From assembly GCF_009914755.1 (NCBI RefSeq), contig NC_060926.1: a DNA stretch of 64,000 nucleotides; one strand, 5' to 3'. Both the position numbers and the translations under genes were made by a program. Every line of letters starts with the position of its first letter. Position 1 is the stretch's first letter. Shown here piece by piece: positions 17,292 through 29,719 of the stretch. This stretch comes from the human T2T-CHM13v2.0 reference genome, Homo sapiens. Below the pieces are notes generated by a model. The model saw only the letters and a list, made by a program, of their open reading frames with translations. It searched no databases and was not told the DNA's origin.

Positions 17292-17606
17292 TTTATTAAG
17301 TTAAAATCTTTAACAATAAAGCAATTTGGAGTCGTATTTTGCGACATTCTCAATATAGTTTTCCAACTTGCATTAAAATACATTTTAAACATTTTTGAAG
17401 ACTAAATTTATTTTTTTTTAACTGACAGTTATGTTTCATTTGACAACCTTTTGCTGTATATTTTTATGTGGACTTTTAGGTATTGTAGTGATTCCTTTAA
17501 TGAAGAAATAAAATAATTGTCATTTAAAAAGTGCATATTATTATTACCTTATGCTATAAAAATAGTTTTAAAATAGAATATGTTTATTAAGATTTAAAAA
17601 TAAGTA

Positions 17607-17891
17607 TAGTCATGCACCGCATAACAGCGTTTTAGTCAGACTGCATAAGATTACGATGGAGCTGAAAAATTACTGTCACACAAATACTTACCATTGTGTT
17701 ATCATTTCCATACACTGGTCAGTACAGTAACATATATGCTGTACAGGTTTGTAGCCTAGGAGCAACAGGCTATACAGCATAGCTTAGGTGTGTAGTAGGT
17801 TATACCATCTAGGTTTGTGTAAGTACACTATCATGTTTGTATAACAACAAAATTGCCCAACAGCTCATTTCTCTTTATGTATCCATGACTG
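17607..17891. mobile_element. Tigger3-like DNA transposon remnant
   Basis: TIR-like ends TAGTCATGCACCGCATAAC...CATGACTG with flanking TA. Confidence 0.65.
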
Positions 17892-17895
17892 TATA

Positions 17896-18345
17896 TTTTT
17901 TATTGTGGTAAAAAACACTTAACATGAGACCTACCTTCTTCCACAAATTTTTAAGGGTACAATATAGTATTGTTAACTGTATGTACATTGTTATATAGCA
18001 GACCTCTAGAACTTTTCATCTTGCATGACTAAAATTATACCCATTGAACAGCCCCTCCCAATTTTCGTCTCCCTCTAACCCCTGGTAACCACCATTTTAC
18101 TTTCTGATTTGATGAGTTTTACTGTTTTAGACACCTGATATTAGTGGATTCATGCAATATTTGTCCTTCTGTGACTGGCTTATTTCACTTAGTGTAATGT
18201 CCTCAAGATTCATCCATGTTGTAGTATATGACGGGATTTTTTTTAAGGATACATAATATTTGGTTGTATGTATATTACCACATTTATTTTATCCATTCAA
18301 CTGTCCTGGACATTTAGGTGGTTGTTAGTGTCTTGACTGCTGTGA
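17896..18345 (-). mobile_element. Old L1 3' fragment (L1MA/MB-like)
   Basis: Similar to the fragment at 8180-8655. Confidence 0.7.
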
Positions 18346-18491
18346 CAAAATAAGTACTTTTAAAAGTCTCACATTTGCAAGTTCAATTTGAACCTTTTTT
18401 TAGTCTGCTTGTACTTCTCTTATCAAGCAAGAAAGCACTTTTCTGCTTTTTGTATTACTAGTAACAGTGGAGATTAAATATCTCATGTTTT

Positions 18492-21400
18492 TGGGCGTTC
18501 TAGAGCCCAACACATCACCTGTTCCTTTCCATACTACCACAACTGACACTCTCTGGAAAGTGCCACCTCCCTGCAGCAGGCCAACCAGCACAAAAATAGT
18601 ACATTAAACCAGCAAAGCTAAGAACCCTCAAAGAGTACATTTCACCCTCCTACCGCCTCCACTGGAACAGGTGCTGGTATCCACAGCTGAGAGACCCACA
18701 GATGGTTCACATCTCCCGACTCTGTGCAGACTACCCCCCAGTACCAGCCTGGAGCCTGGTAGACTTGCTGGGTGGCTGGATCCAGAAGAGAGATAGCAAT
18801 CACTACAGCTCAGCTCTCAGGAAGCCACATCCATAGGAAAAGGGAGAGAGTACTACATCAAGGGAACACCCCGTAGGACGAAAGAATCTGAACAACAACC
18901 TTCAGCCCTAGACATTCTCTCTGACAGAGCCTACCCAAATGAGAAGGAACCAGAAAACCGACCCTGGTAGTATGACAAAAGAAGGTTCTTTAACACCCCC
19001 CAAAAAATCACACTAGCTCACCAGCAATGGATCCAAACTAAGAAGAAATCCCTGACTTACTTGAAAAAGAATTCACTAGGTTGGTTATTAAGCTAAGGCA
19101 CCAGAGAAAGGTGAAGCCCAATGTAAAGATATAAAAAAAAAAAAAGATACAAGAAGTAAAGGGAGAAATATTCAATGAACTAGATAGCATAAATAAAAAA
19201 CAATCAAAACTTTAGGAAATAATGGACATACTTATAGAAATATAAAATGCTCTGGAAAGTCTTAGCAATAGAATTGAACAAGTAGAAGAAGGAAATTCAG
19301 AGCCTGAAGACAAGGTCTTCTAATTAACCGAATCCAATAAAGACAAAGAAAAAAGAATAAGAAAATATGAAGAAAGCCTTCAAGAAATCTGGAATTATGT
19401 TAAATGACCAAACCTAAGAATAACCGGCATTCCTGAGGAAGAAGAGAAATCTAAACGTTTGTTAAACATATTTGGGGGAATAATTGAGGAAAACTTCCCC
19501 AGCTTTGCTAGAGACCTAGATGCAAATACAAGAAGCACAAAGAACATCTGGGAAATTCATCGCAAAAAGATCATCATCTAGGCACATTGTCGTCAGGTTA
19601 TCTAAAGTTAAGATGAAAGAAAGAGCTGTGAAACAAAAGCACCAGGTAACCTATAAAGGAAAACTTACCAGATTAACAGCACATTTCTCAGCAGAAACCC
19701 TGCAAGCCAGAAGGGATTGGAACCCTATCTTCAGCCTCCTCAAACAAAACAATTATCAGCCGAGAATTTTGTATTCAGCAAAACTAAGCTTCATATATGA
19801 AGGCAAGATACAGCTTTTTCAGACAAACAGAGAATTCACCACTACCAAGCCAACAGTGCAAGAATGCTAAAAGGAACTCTAAATCTTGAAACAAATCCTG
19901 GAAACATAGCAAAACAGAACCTCTTTAAAGCATAAATATCACAGGACCTATAAAACAAAAATACAATTAGAAAAACAACAAAAACCAGAAAAACAAGGTA
20001 TACAGGCAACAAATAGCATGATGAATAGAGTGGTACCTCACATCTCAATACTAACATTGAATATAAATGGCCTAAATGCTCCACTTAAAAGATACAGAAT
20101 TGCAGAATAGGTAAGAATTCACCAACCATCTGTTGCCTTCAAGAGTCTCACCTAACACATAAGGACTCACATAAACTTAAGGTAAAGGGATGGACCAAGA
20201 CATTTCATGCAAACGGACACCAAGTGTGAGCAGGAGTAGCCATTCTTATATTAGACAAAACAAACTTTAAAGAACCAGCAGTTTAAAAAGACAAAGAGGG
20301 ACATTATATAATGAAAAAAGGCCTTGTCCAACAGGAAAGTATCACAATCCTAAACATATGCACCTAACACTGGAGCTCCCAAATTTATAAAAGAATTACT
20401 AATAGACCTAAAAAATTAGACAGACAGCAACACAATAATAGTGAGGGATTTTAATACTCCACTGACAGCACTGGACAGGTCATCAAGACAGAAAGTCAAC
20501 AAAGAAACAGTGGATTTAAACTATACCTTGGAACAAATGGAGTTAAAAGATATATACAGAATATTCCATCCAACAACCACAGAATATACGTTCTGTTCAA
20601 CAGCACATGAACTTTCTGTAAGATAGACCATATGATAGCCAACAAAATGAGCCTCAATAAATTTTAAGAAAATTAAAATTATATCAAGCACTCTCTCAGA
20701 CCACAGTGGAATAAAACTGGAAATCAACTCCAAAAGGAACCTTCAAAACCATGCCGATACGTGGAATAACCTGCTCCTGAATGATCACTGGGTCAAAGAT
20801 GAAATCAAGATGGAAATGTAAAAATTCCTCAAACTGAATGACAATAGTGACACAACCTATCAACCTCTGGGATACAGCAAAGGTGGTGCTAAGAGGAAAG
20901 TTCATGGCCCTCAATGCCTCCATCAAAAAGTCGGAAAGAGCACAATCTACGGTCACATCTCAAAGAACTAGAGAAACAAGAACAAACCCAGCAGAAGAAA
21001 GAAGACCAGAGCGGAATTAAATGAAATTGAAACAAAACAACAAAAAAAATCCAAAAGATAAATGAAACAAAAAGCTGGTTCTTTGAAAAGATAAATAAAA
21101 TTGATAGACTGTTAGCAAGATCAGCCAAGAAAAGAGAGAAAATCCAAATAAGCTCAATAAGAAATGAAACGGGAGATATTACAACTGACACCACAGAAAT
21201 ACAAAAGATATTCAAGGCTACTATGAACACCTTTACATGCATAAACTAGAAAACCTAAAATAGATGGAGAAATTCCTGGAAAGATACAACCCTCCTAGCT
21301 TAAATCAGGAAGAATTACCCTGAACAGACCAGTAACAAGCAGGGAGATTGAAATGGTAATTAAAAAATTACCAACAAAAAAATGTCCAGGACTAGACGGA

Positions 21401-23169
21401 TTCACAACAGAATTCCACCAGATATTCAAAGAAGACTTGGTACCAGTCTTAAAGACACTATTCCACAAGAGAGAGAAAGAAGGAATCCTCCCTAAATCAT
21501 TCTATGAAGCCAGTATCACCCTAATACCAAAACCAGGAAAGGACATAACCAAAGAAGAAAACTACAGACCAATATCCTTGAACATAGATGCTAAAATCCT
21601 TAAGAAAATTCTAGCTAACTGATTCCAACAACATATCAAAAAGATAATCCACCATGATCAAGGGGTTTCATACCAGGGATGCAGGGATGGTTTAACATAC
21701 ACATGCGCGTAGCCAAAGCAAGACTAAGCAAAAAGAACAAATCTGAAGGCATCACATTACCTGATTTCAAACTTATACTATAAGGCCATAGTCACCAAAA
21801 CAGCATGGTACGGTTATAAAAATAGGCACATGGACCAATGGAACAGAATAGAGAACCCAGAAATAAACCCAAATACTTACAGCCAACTGATCTTCAACAA
21901 AGCAAACAAAAACGTAAAGTGGAAAAAGGATACCCTTTTCAACAAATGGTGCTGGGATAATTGGCTAGCCACATGTAGGAGAATGAAACTGGATCCTCCT
22001 CTCTCACTGTATACAAAAATCAACCCAAGATAAATTAAAGACTTAAATCTAAGACCTGAAACTATAAAAATTCTAAAAGATACCATTGGAAAAATCATTC
22101 TAGACATTGGCTTAGGCAAGGATTTCATGAACCCAAAAGCAAATGCAATAAAAACAAAGATAAATAGCTGGGACTTAATTAAACTAAAGAACTTTTGCAC
22201 AGCAAAAGGAACAGTCAGCAGAGTAAACAGACAACCTACAGAGAAGGAGAAAATCTTTCATAATATATACATCTGAAAAAGAACAAATATCCAGAATCTA
22301 CAATGAACTCCAACAAATCAGCAAGAAAAGCAGTCCCATCAAAAAGTGGGCTAAGGACATGAATAGACAATTCTTAAAAGAAGATATACAAATGGCCAAT
22401 AAACATATGGAAAAATGCTCAACATCACTAATGATCAGGGAAATGCAAATCAAAACCACAGTGCGATACCACCTTACTTCTGCAAGAATGGCCATAATAA
22501 AAAAATCAAAAAAATAGTAGATGTTGGCATGGATGTGGTGAACACGGAACACTTCTACACTGCTGGTGGGAATGTAAACTAGTACAACCACTATGGAAAA
22601 CAGTGTGGAGATTCCTTAAAGAACTAAAAGTAGAACTATCATTTGGTCCAGCAATCCCACTACTAGGTATCCACCCAGAGGAAAAGAAGTCATTATACGA
22701 AAAAGATACGTGCACACGCATGTTTATAGCAGCACAATTCGCAATTGCAAAAACGTGGAAGCAACCCAAATGCCCATCAATCAATGCGTGGATAAAGTAA
22801 CTGTGATATATATATACATACAATGGAATACTCCTCAGCCATAAAAAGGAGTGAATTAATGGCATTCGCAGTGACCTGGATAAGATTGGAGACTATTATT
22901 CTAAGTGAAAGAACTCAGGAATGGAAAACCAAACATCGCTATGTTCTCACTCATAAGTGGGAGCTAAGCTATGAGGATGCAAAGGCATAAGAATGACACA
23001 ATGAACTTTGGGGACTCAGGGAGAAAGGGTGGGAAGGGGATGAGGAATAAAAGACAAAAATTGGGTGCAGTGTATACTGCTCAGGTGATGGGTGTACCAA
23101 AATCTCACAAATCACCACTAAAGAAGTTAACCAACACCACCTGTTCCCCAGTAACCTATGGAAAGAAAG
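18492..23169 (+). mobile_element. L1PB-like element: 5'-truncated, ORF1/ORF2 decayed, internal deletion in RT
   Basis: ORF1/ORF2 peptide fragments at 19520-22800; L1PB-type 3'UTR (GAGCTAAGCTATGAGGATGCAAAGGCATAAG); degenerate TSD AAATRTCTCAT at ~18476 and ~23170. Confidence 0.9.
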
Positions 23170-24285
23170 AAATGTCTCATATGTTTCTGCCTAAATTGGT
23201 CTTTAATACTTTAGCGATTCTCTTGAGTTTGGATTATAAAATAGTTTTGGTCTTTTTGTATTTTCTGCTGTAAGCCTGTATGATTATGTAATGGTGAGTA
23301 AAATTGCTAGGCCAGATATGCAGTTCTAGGAAGTTATGCAAAGATGTGCTTTAGTATATTATTTTCTACCTTTTTAAATTCATTTTGAGCTTGGCTTTTG
23401 AGCCTCTGTTTTCCAAGGTGGGGTGTATGTTTTTATAATGTTATGCTTAGCCCTTGTGTATTTTCATCTCTGAGTTTGAAATTTGGGGTTATATTGGCAA
23501 AGGGAGGTTTGGGTTTTAATTAGGTGACCTGTTAGAGGAAATGTTAAGCTTCTGTTTCTTTAGGGTAGACAGTGAGAGATTTATCAAGATAAAGAAGAAA
23601 AATAAATCCTAGAGTTAATATTCAATACATGATGATGTCACCCTTACTAAAGCCAAAGAGGGCATTATCCTATCATTCTCATCGCTAAGAACTCTTCTCC
23701 TCTTGGCACATGCTTATTCAGTTAAAGATAAGCCAAGCCTTTCTTTTGTATTTTTTTTTTAAGAGAACAAATTTACTTTGGTTTTGAGTTTTATTCCTGG
23801 CCCTGGGTAGCTTATTTTTTTGACCCTTATTTTCCCCAATTTATAAAATGAAATAGTTATCTTCACTCCCCAGGATTGTTGTGAAGAGTAAGTCAAAAGA
23901 TAAAATGAGGTGACTCAGGCAAAAGTACCTGGCCCTGTGTAGTGAGTACATTGTATGTGTTACATATATTCTTATTGCTGAGAATCCACGAAAGAATGAA
24001 TTAAATAATGAGGACCCTTTCATCAGGGTTTTTGAGTGAGTTTTTTAAAATACAAGGTAGTAGTTTGTGTAAATACTAAATCCATTGGTACCTGTGCAGA
24101 ATGTAGGAAATGGAGTTGCTAATTCCAAAAAAACAGCACATATGCTGAGGAAAGTATAATACCTAATATATATGGTTTAAGCAATGTAAAATTCCATGAA
24201 TATGTTCCTTTTCATCTTAAAATTTGTGATTTAAAAAACATTGATATTACTATAAAGAATTATTGTTATTTCCCTTGATTTACAG

Positions 24286-24354
24286 AGTATTGTTACAATC
24301 ACATTTGAAGTACCAGGAAATGCAAAGGAAGAACATCTTAATATGTTTATTCAG
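24286..24354 (+). CDS. ZNG1B: ZNG1/CBWD coding exon: [23 protein letters not shown] (start of CobW C-terminal domain)
   Basis: TACAG| acceptor, CAG|GTGAAT donor, 69 bp, phase 0-0. Confidence 0.93.
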
Positions 24355-24457
24355 GTGAATGCAATTTTTAACTGATAAATGATTTATCAATGGTTTTGTT
24401 ACATAGTTGTTGCTATTAGCGATGGTTGGTCTTATTAAAATATGTCACTTGATACAG

Positions 24458-24523
24458 AATCTCCTGTGGGAAAAGAATGTGAGAAACAAGGACAATCACT
24501 GCATGGAGGTCATAAGGCTGAAG
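24458..24523 (+). CDS. ZNG1B: ZNG1/CBWD coding exon: [22 protein letters not shown]
   Basis: TACAG| acceptor, AAG|GTACAG donor, 66 bp; the RLKG motif spans the next junction. Confidence 0.93.
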
Positions 24524-25648
24524 GTACAGTTTACTGTTGCAGACTTTCGGACAAAGTCCTTTTCTTGGCTGTTATAAAAACTATATTTGGTTTTAAACAG
24601 AAACACTGGTTTTAGTACAAATCATCTTTGTCTACTTTCATTTTTCTTTATTATTTTCATGACTGAAAAGGAGCTTTGGAAATCACTGCATAAGGCTTGA
24701 TTTATTTGCACAACTTTCTTTAGGGTTGCAGCTAGAACAAACCTGTGTGCTTTGAAATGTTACCTTCTGCTCTCTGTTCCCAAGTACAGAGAAATAATGT
24801 TGCAAATCTCACTTCTGCTGAACATTATGCTTCCTGATGCATTTAGCAGACACTAAACATTTGTCATACTCTAAACAAAGTTACAAAGGACTAGAAGAAT
24901 TCTTGTTCTGTATTTAGAAACCCACTCACGTTACTTGATATTTGGGTATTTAAGTCATGAAAGGTATTTCTTCTAGGAAGCAGTGATTCTAAAGTGTATG
25001 CTTAACCAGTCAGTTGAGTGTCTACTCTTGTGTGTTCACAAGTGTGCACAAAGTTTTTGGTAAATTAAGAATATTATTTCAAATAAATTAATTTCATCCC
25101 CATAGGAGCCAGTTTATCAGATAATTCATTTTTCATTTCTGCAAATCAATACACAATGAGCTCATATTCAGATAAATATAATAGTTTTTCTTTATTTCAT
25201 CATTGTTCATTGATTGCAACCCATTTCTAAAACAAATTATTTAATATAATCAAACTCCTTTAACTTCTCAACTTTTCCCACTAAAACTGTGAAACATTAT
25301 ATAAAATCTTTAATCAATAGGATATGATACATATTTCATCATTTTGTTTCAGGTTTTGGTTGTGATAAATAACACTGAAAAACCATCCTAATATATGTAT
25401 TAACTTTATCATTAGAAAAGGGGATTGTTCAAAAAAAAATCAATACACAGAAACCTTTTTTGAAAATTAAAAACATTAAGAAACTTCTTGTAATTCACAA
25501 ATAATTGGAATTAAGTAATTTTCTCAGCTTAAGAGTTTGTATTTTTTAAGTGAATATCAGTAATTAATCCATTAACATTGATGCTCTATTTCTGCTTTTA
25601 AGTTTGAACTGAGGCTGATTAATGTTCAGTCAATTCTCCTTTGAGCAG

Positions 25649-25778
25649 GGATTGGTGTCAATCAAAGACAAATCACAACAAGTGATTGTCCAGGGTGTCC
25701 ATGAGCTCTATGATCTGGAGGAGACTCCAGTGAGCTGGAAGGATGACACTGAGAGAACAAATCGATTGGTCCTCCTTG
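25649..25778 (+). CDS. ZNG1B: ZNG1/CBWD coding exon: [43 protein letters not shown]
   Basis: CAG| acceptor, G|GTAAGT donor, 130 bp; CobW_C motifs QGVH and RLVLLG. Confidence 0.95.
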
Positions 25779-26165
25779 GTAAGTCTGAAAGGATTCACAG
25801 TTTTAAAACAAAGTGAAAAATATATTTGAAAGGGATATCATGTGCCACTCAAACAGATTAACCATTCAGGTCCTCTTTTAAAACTAAATAAGCTTGTGGT
25901 CAATGTTTCATCTTTATCACGTTACAACGTTCGTAAAAGCTTGTTAGGACTTTTGTTCTTCTTCAGTTTTAGAAAAGTGGTTAATCCAAGGACCAATGTG
26001 ACTTTGATGTACTGACCTGGAAAGTTAAAGATGGAATCACTCAATTACTATTCTTTTTGTAAATTTCTAAACACCATAAAGCATTTAATGAACTGGAATT
26101 GATAGGTGAACTGTGTCATTTTAATAAGCATAATGTAATCACGTCATATTTTGTTTTGTTTGCAG

Positions 26166-26272
26166 GCAGAAATTTAGATAAGGATATCCTTAAACAGCTG
26201 TTTATAGCTACTGTGACAGAAACAGAAAAGCAGTGGACAACACATTTCAAAGAAGATCAAGTTTGTACATAA
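26166..26272 (+). CDS. ZNG1B: ZNG1/CBWD last coding exon: [35 protein letters not shown]
   Basis: TTTGCAG| acceptor; TAA at 26270-26272. Confidence 0.93.
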
Positions 26273-26676
26273 CACTAGAGGCATTTCTTATCAAAAGGAT
26301 TGGATAATAAAAATAAGTTTCTACTGGGTATATTTCAAGCATTTATTTATTACTTTAGTTACGAATTCCAATATACTTTAAAATGGTATTTGTTTTACAG
26401 CATACATAAAATGTAGCAAATCGGTACTGTAAAACATTTAACATTCATACAGTTATATATAATATCCTTTTTTTTAAAGAATGGTATTTCACAAAAATGT
26501 CTTTTGAAATTGGCTTTGGAGTTTACATATACTGAACATGAAAGTTTATAATAATGATGATACAACTTTCAACATTGTCATTTTTTCTTAGAACTTCAGC
26601 TGATTGCAGAGATATAATGATTACATTGTTATTAAATTTTTTTAACACAAGTAAGTGTCACCATTTTATGACATGA

Positions 26677-26682
26677 AATAAA
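26677..26682 (+). terminator. ZNG1 polyadenylation signal (a proximal AATAAA also lies at 26306-26311)
   Basis: AATAAA followed by GT-rich sequence at ~26700. Confidence 0.65.
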
Positions 26683-26709
26683 AGGTTATGACTGTTATTG
26701 ATGTTGATG

Positions 26710-27260
26710 TTGACGACCTGATCACCTGGCTGAAGGAGTGTTTGTCAGGTTTCTCCATTGTAAAGTTACTCTTTTCCCCCATTTCATACTGTGCTCTTTG
26801 GAAGGAAATCACTATGCACAGCCCACACTAAAGGAATGGGGAGTTGTAGTGTACTTTTTTGGGAGTGGTCTACATAATTAATTGAAATTCTTCTGCAAAG
26901 GACAGTTGTCCCTTTCGCTTTATTAGTTCGATCATTTATGTTTATCAGTGTGGACACATGAATATTTTATACTTTGGGTTACAATTTAATACTGCTTTAT
27001 TTTGTTGCTCAAATTAGCCCAGCTTTGACCATTGGGAACTCTTTCCGTTATCTCCTGTTCCCGCCTTTGACATGCCCCCATCAATGTGGGTTTCCGTTAT
27101 CTCCTGTTCCCGCCTTTGACATGCCCCCATCAATGTGGGTTTCCGTTATCTCCTGTTCCCGCCTTTGACATGCCCCCATCAATGTGGGTTTCCGTTATCT
27201 CCTGTTCCCGCCTTTGACATGCCCCCTCAATGTGGGTTTTGTGTTTTGTTTTTGAGTGCC
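26710..27260 (-). mobile_element. Old L1 3' fragment (L1MC/MD-like) hosting a minisatellite
   Basis: TTTGTTGCTCAAATT...CCAGCTTTG...CCATTGGGA motif typical of old L1 3' ends. Confidence 0.55.
27042..27236. repeat. 49-bp minisatellite, 4 copies
   Basis: TTTCCGTTATCTCCTGTTCCCGCCTTTGACATGCCCCCATCAATGTGGG starts at 27042, 27091, 27140 and 27189; the last copy lacks 1 bp. Confidence 0.97.
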
Positions 27261-28164
27261 TCCTTATTTTTCTCCTGCATTTTTAAATAACCCCGATCCC
27301 TATTGAAGCTGGCGCTGGGAAAACTAACAATACTCCCTTTCCCAGGTCATCCGATTCCTATGCTGATGGAGGAAATGTGCCTCACATGCCGGGGGCGCTG
27401 GGGAGGAGGCGTCTGGGATTTTGTGGTTGAATAAGACACCTGGCCTGGCCCTCCTGGAGCTTAGTTTAGTAGGTCACACAAGCAGTCATTGGTAAATTTG
27501 GGATTCAAACAAATCTGTTAGGCTCAAACCTGTCTGTTATTTGTCCTCCAAGCTTCATATAAACTGAGGAGCCTTAAAGGGTAAAAACTTCAGGAGCAGC
27601 AAAGTTTCAAAAAAAGATCAGCAAGAAAGCTCTTTTCCAGATTTTATCCTGAAGGCACTAGCTACTTTAAGCTATTTTTTATTATATTTTGCCCTTGCAG
27701 TTGGCGTTTGATTTCTCACTGAACATTCGTTGTCATAATTATAGACACTATGTGACTATCAAGGGCATAATATTCTTTCATGCTGCATTTTTATTAGATG
27801 GCACCTCAAAGTTTTCCCAAGTAGGTGGGTTTTAAATTATGAATATATACCGTGGCATAGTATCTTACTTAGTATTTTAATAAGATCCTTATTTATATAA
27901 CAAATATTTTTTTTATTCCTCTGTAGTGCTACTTTAGTCTCTGAGCTAATTTTCATGAAGCCAATCTAAAAATCGTGTTACTTCTAAGGATGTGGAGCGA
28001 GTGAGATGAACAGTTGTGCTGTCATATTGCCCCTCCCCAGTGCAGACAGTGAATGAGGACCCACTGATTTAAAGGCAACACTGCAGCCCCTTCTTGCCTC
28101 ATTGAAGTCCCAAGTTTTATTACAGTAAAAGCACTTAATGTTGACATTTCTGAAAGAATGAAGA

Positions 28165-28474
<310 letters not shown>

Positions 28475-28491
28475 AAAGAATGAAGAGCCAG

Positions 28492-28607
28492 AGCCAGGCA
28501 TAGTGGCACGCCTGTAGTCCCACCTACTCAGGAGGCTGAGGCGGGAGGATCACTTGAGCCCAGGAATTCAAAGCCAGCCTGTGCAACATAGACCCTGTCT
28601 CTAAAAA
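28492..28607 (+). mobile_element. Alu monomer (FLAM-like)
   Basis: Single Alu arm. Confidence 0.75.
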
Positions 28608-29554
28608 TGAATTGGTTATAAAGGATGAAGAAAGGAAGGAGGAAAGGGAGAGAGAGAAGCCCTTATAGAGTGGGTGCATTTCTTGTATGTGGGGCCACTT
28701 TGTAAGAACAGGATTTTTCAAACTGGGCCCATACTGGTATGTGTGAAATCAATTTAGTTGGTTATGGCCATTTTTTTTTAAAAGGAAATATCAGTGATCA
28801 CTATAGTGTAAGTATATTGTTTCGTGAAAGCCATCTTAGTTATGTATTATGTCTGTATGTGTAAGATTGTGATATAAAATGTATTTCTGTGGTTAAATAT
28901 TCAAAGAAATTGGAGAACCATTGCTACAAGGGGACAGAGGACTCCGTGTGAGCTCTCCTGCCTTCCCTGAATAAACTTACACAATTTAGTGCTGGGACAT
29001 TTGAACCTTTTCTGAAAATTTGAGTCAGGGGAGAGCATCTTGGGGAGGTGGGAAGGAAGGTAGAAGGAGCAAAGCAACACCCCCCTGAAGCCTGGGAATA
29101 TTGTCAGAACCTTAAATATAATTCAGCTCACCATTCTGGGTAAGGACAGACTCTACCAATGAAAATGGGTGATTACCAGCTGTGAAACACAAAAACATAC
29201 TTTTACGGTTACACATTCCTTTACAAACAACCGTGTACATTTCAGCCTCCTGCCCCACCATTTCTTTTCTCCAGGAGGGAAGGCTGCATGTCGAGATGGT
29301 CGTAGAATGTTGAGTATCCTACTTTCCTACCTCGCTTTTATTTGCGCGGGTTTAAATGCGCCTTAACAGAACCCGTGCAAAGGCTTGCCTACTTGTCTGG
29401 CTGCACCGGATGAGTAGAGCATCTTCCTTGGTGGCAGGTGGGTGCGAGGAGGAGGGGGCTGGGCTTTTCTCCGGACGGTGTTTGCCCAGAAGACCATCAT
29501 CCCTGGACTACGTTAGGAGGAAGTGGCACCGCTCCGAGGTAGGGGAAGAAGGGT

Positions 29555-29605
29555 TATAAAGGGGGGAGTCCACCACACATGGTCTTGAAGAAGCTTTTAT
29601 AAAAG
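29555..29605 (+). promoter_or_regulatory. Candidate FOXD4L1 core promoter with two TATA boxes
   Basis: TATAAA at 29555-29560 and TATAAAAG at 29598-29605, ~190-230 bp upstream of the ATG. Confidence 0.55.
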
Positions 29606-29719
29606 GCAAAGGCATCTTTGCCGGACGTTGTTGCAAAGGAGTAGAAACAAGCAGAGGAAAACATCCCAAAGGGTAACCACTAGCGTTCCTGCTTCTTGCA
29701 ACATTCATCCCAGGCTTCC

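Noticed and set aside
24355-24457. Retention of the 103-bp intron giving an alternative C-terminus
   Set aside because: Stops after 6 codons and would probably be an NMD target; unsupported without RNA data
25643-25648. NAGNAG (GAGCAG) tandem acceptor that would add a Gln
   Set aside because: GAG acceptors are rarely used; no evidence from sequence alone
27384-27397. CTCF-like site between ZNG1 and FOXD4L1 (CATGCCGGGGGCGC)
   Set aside because: Mismatches at several core positions
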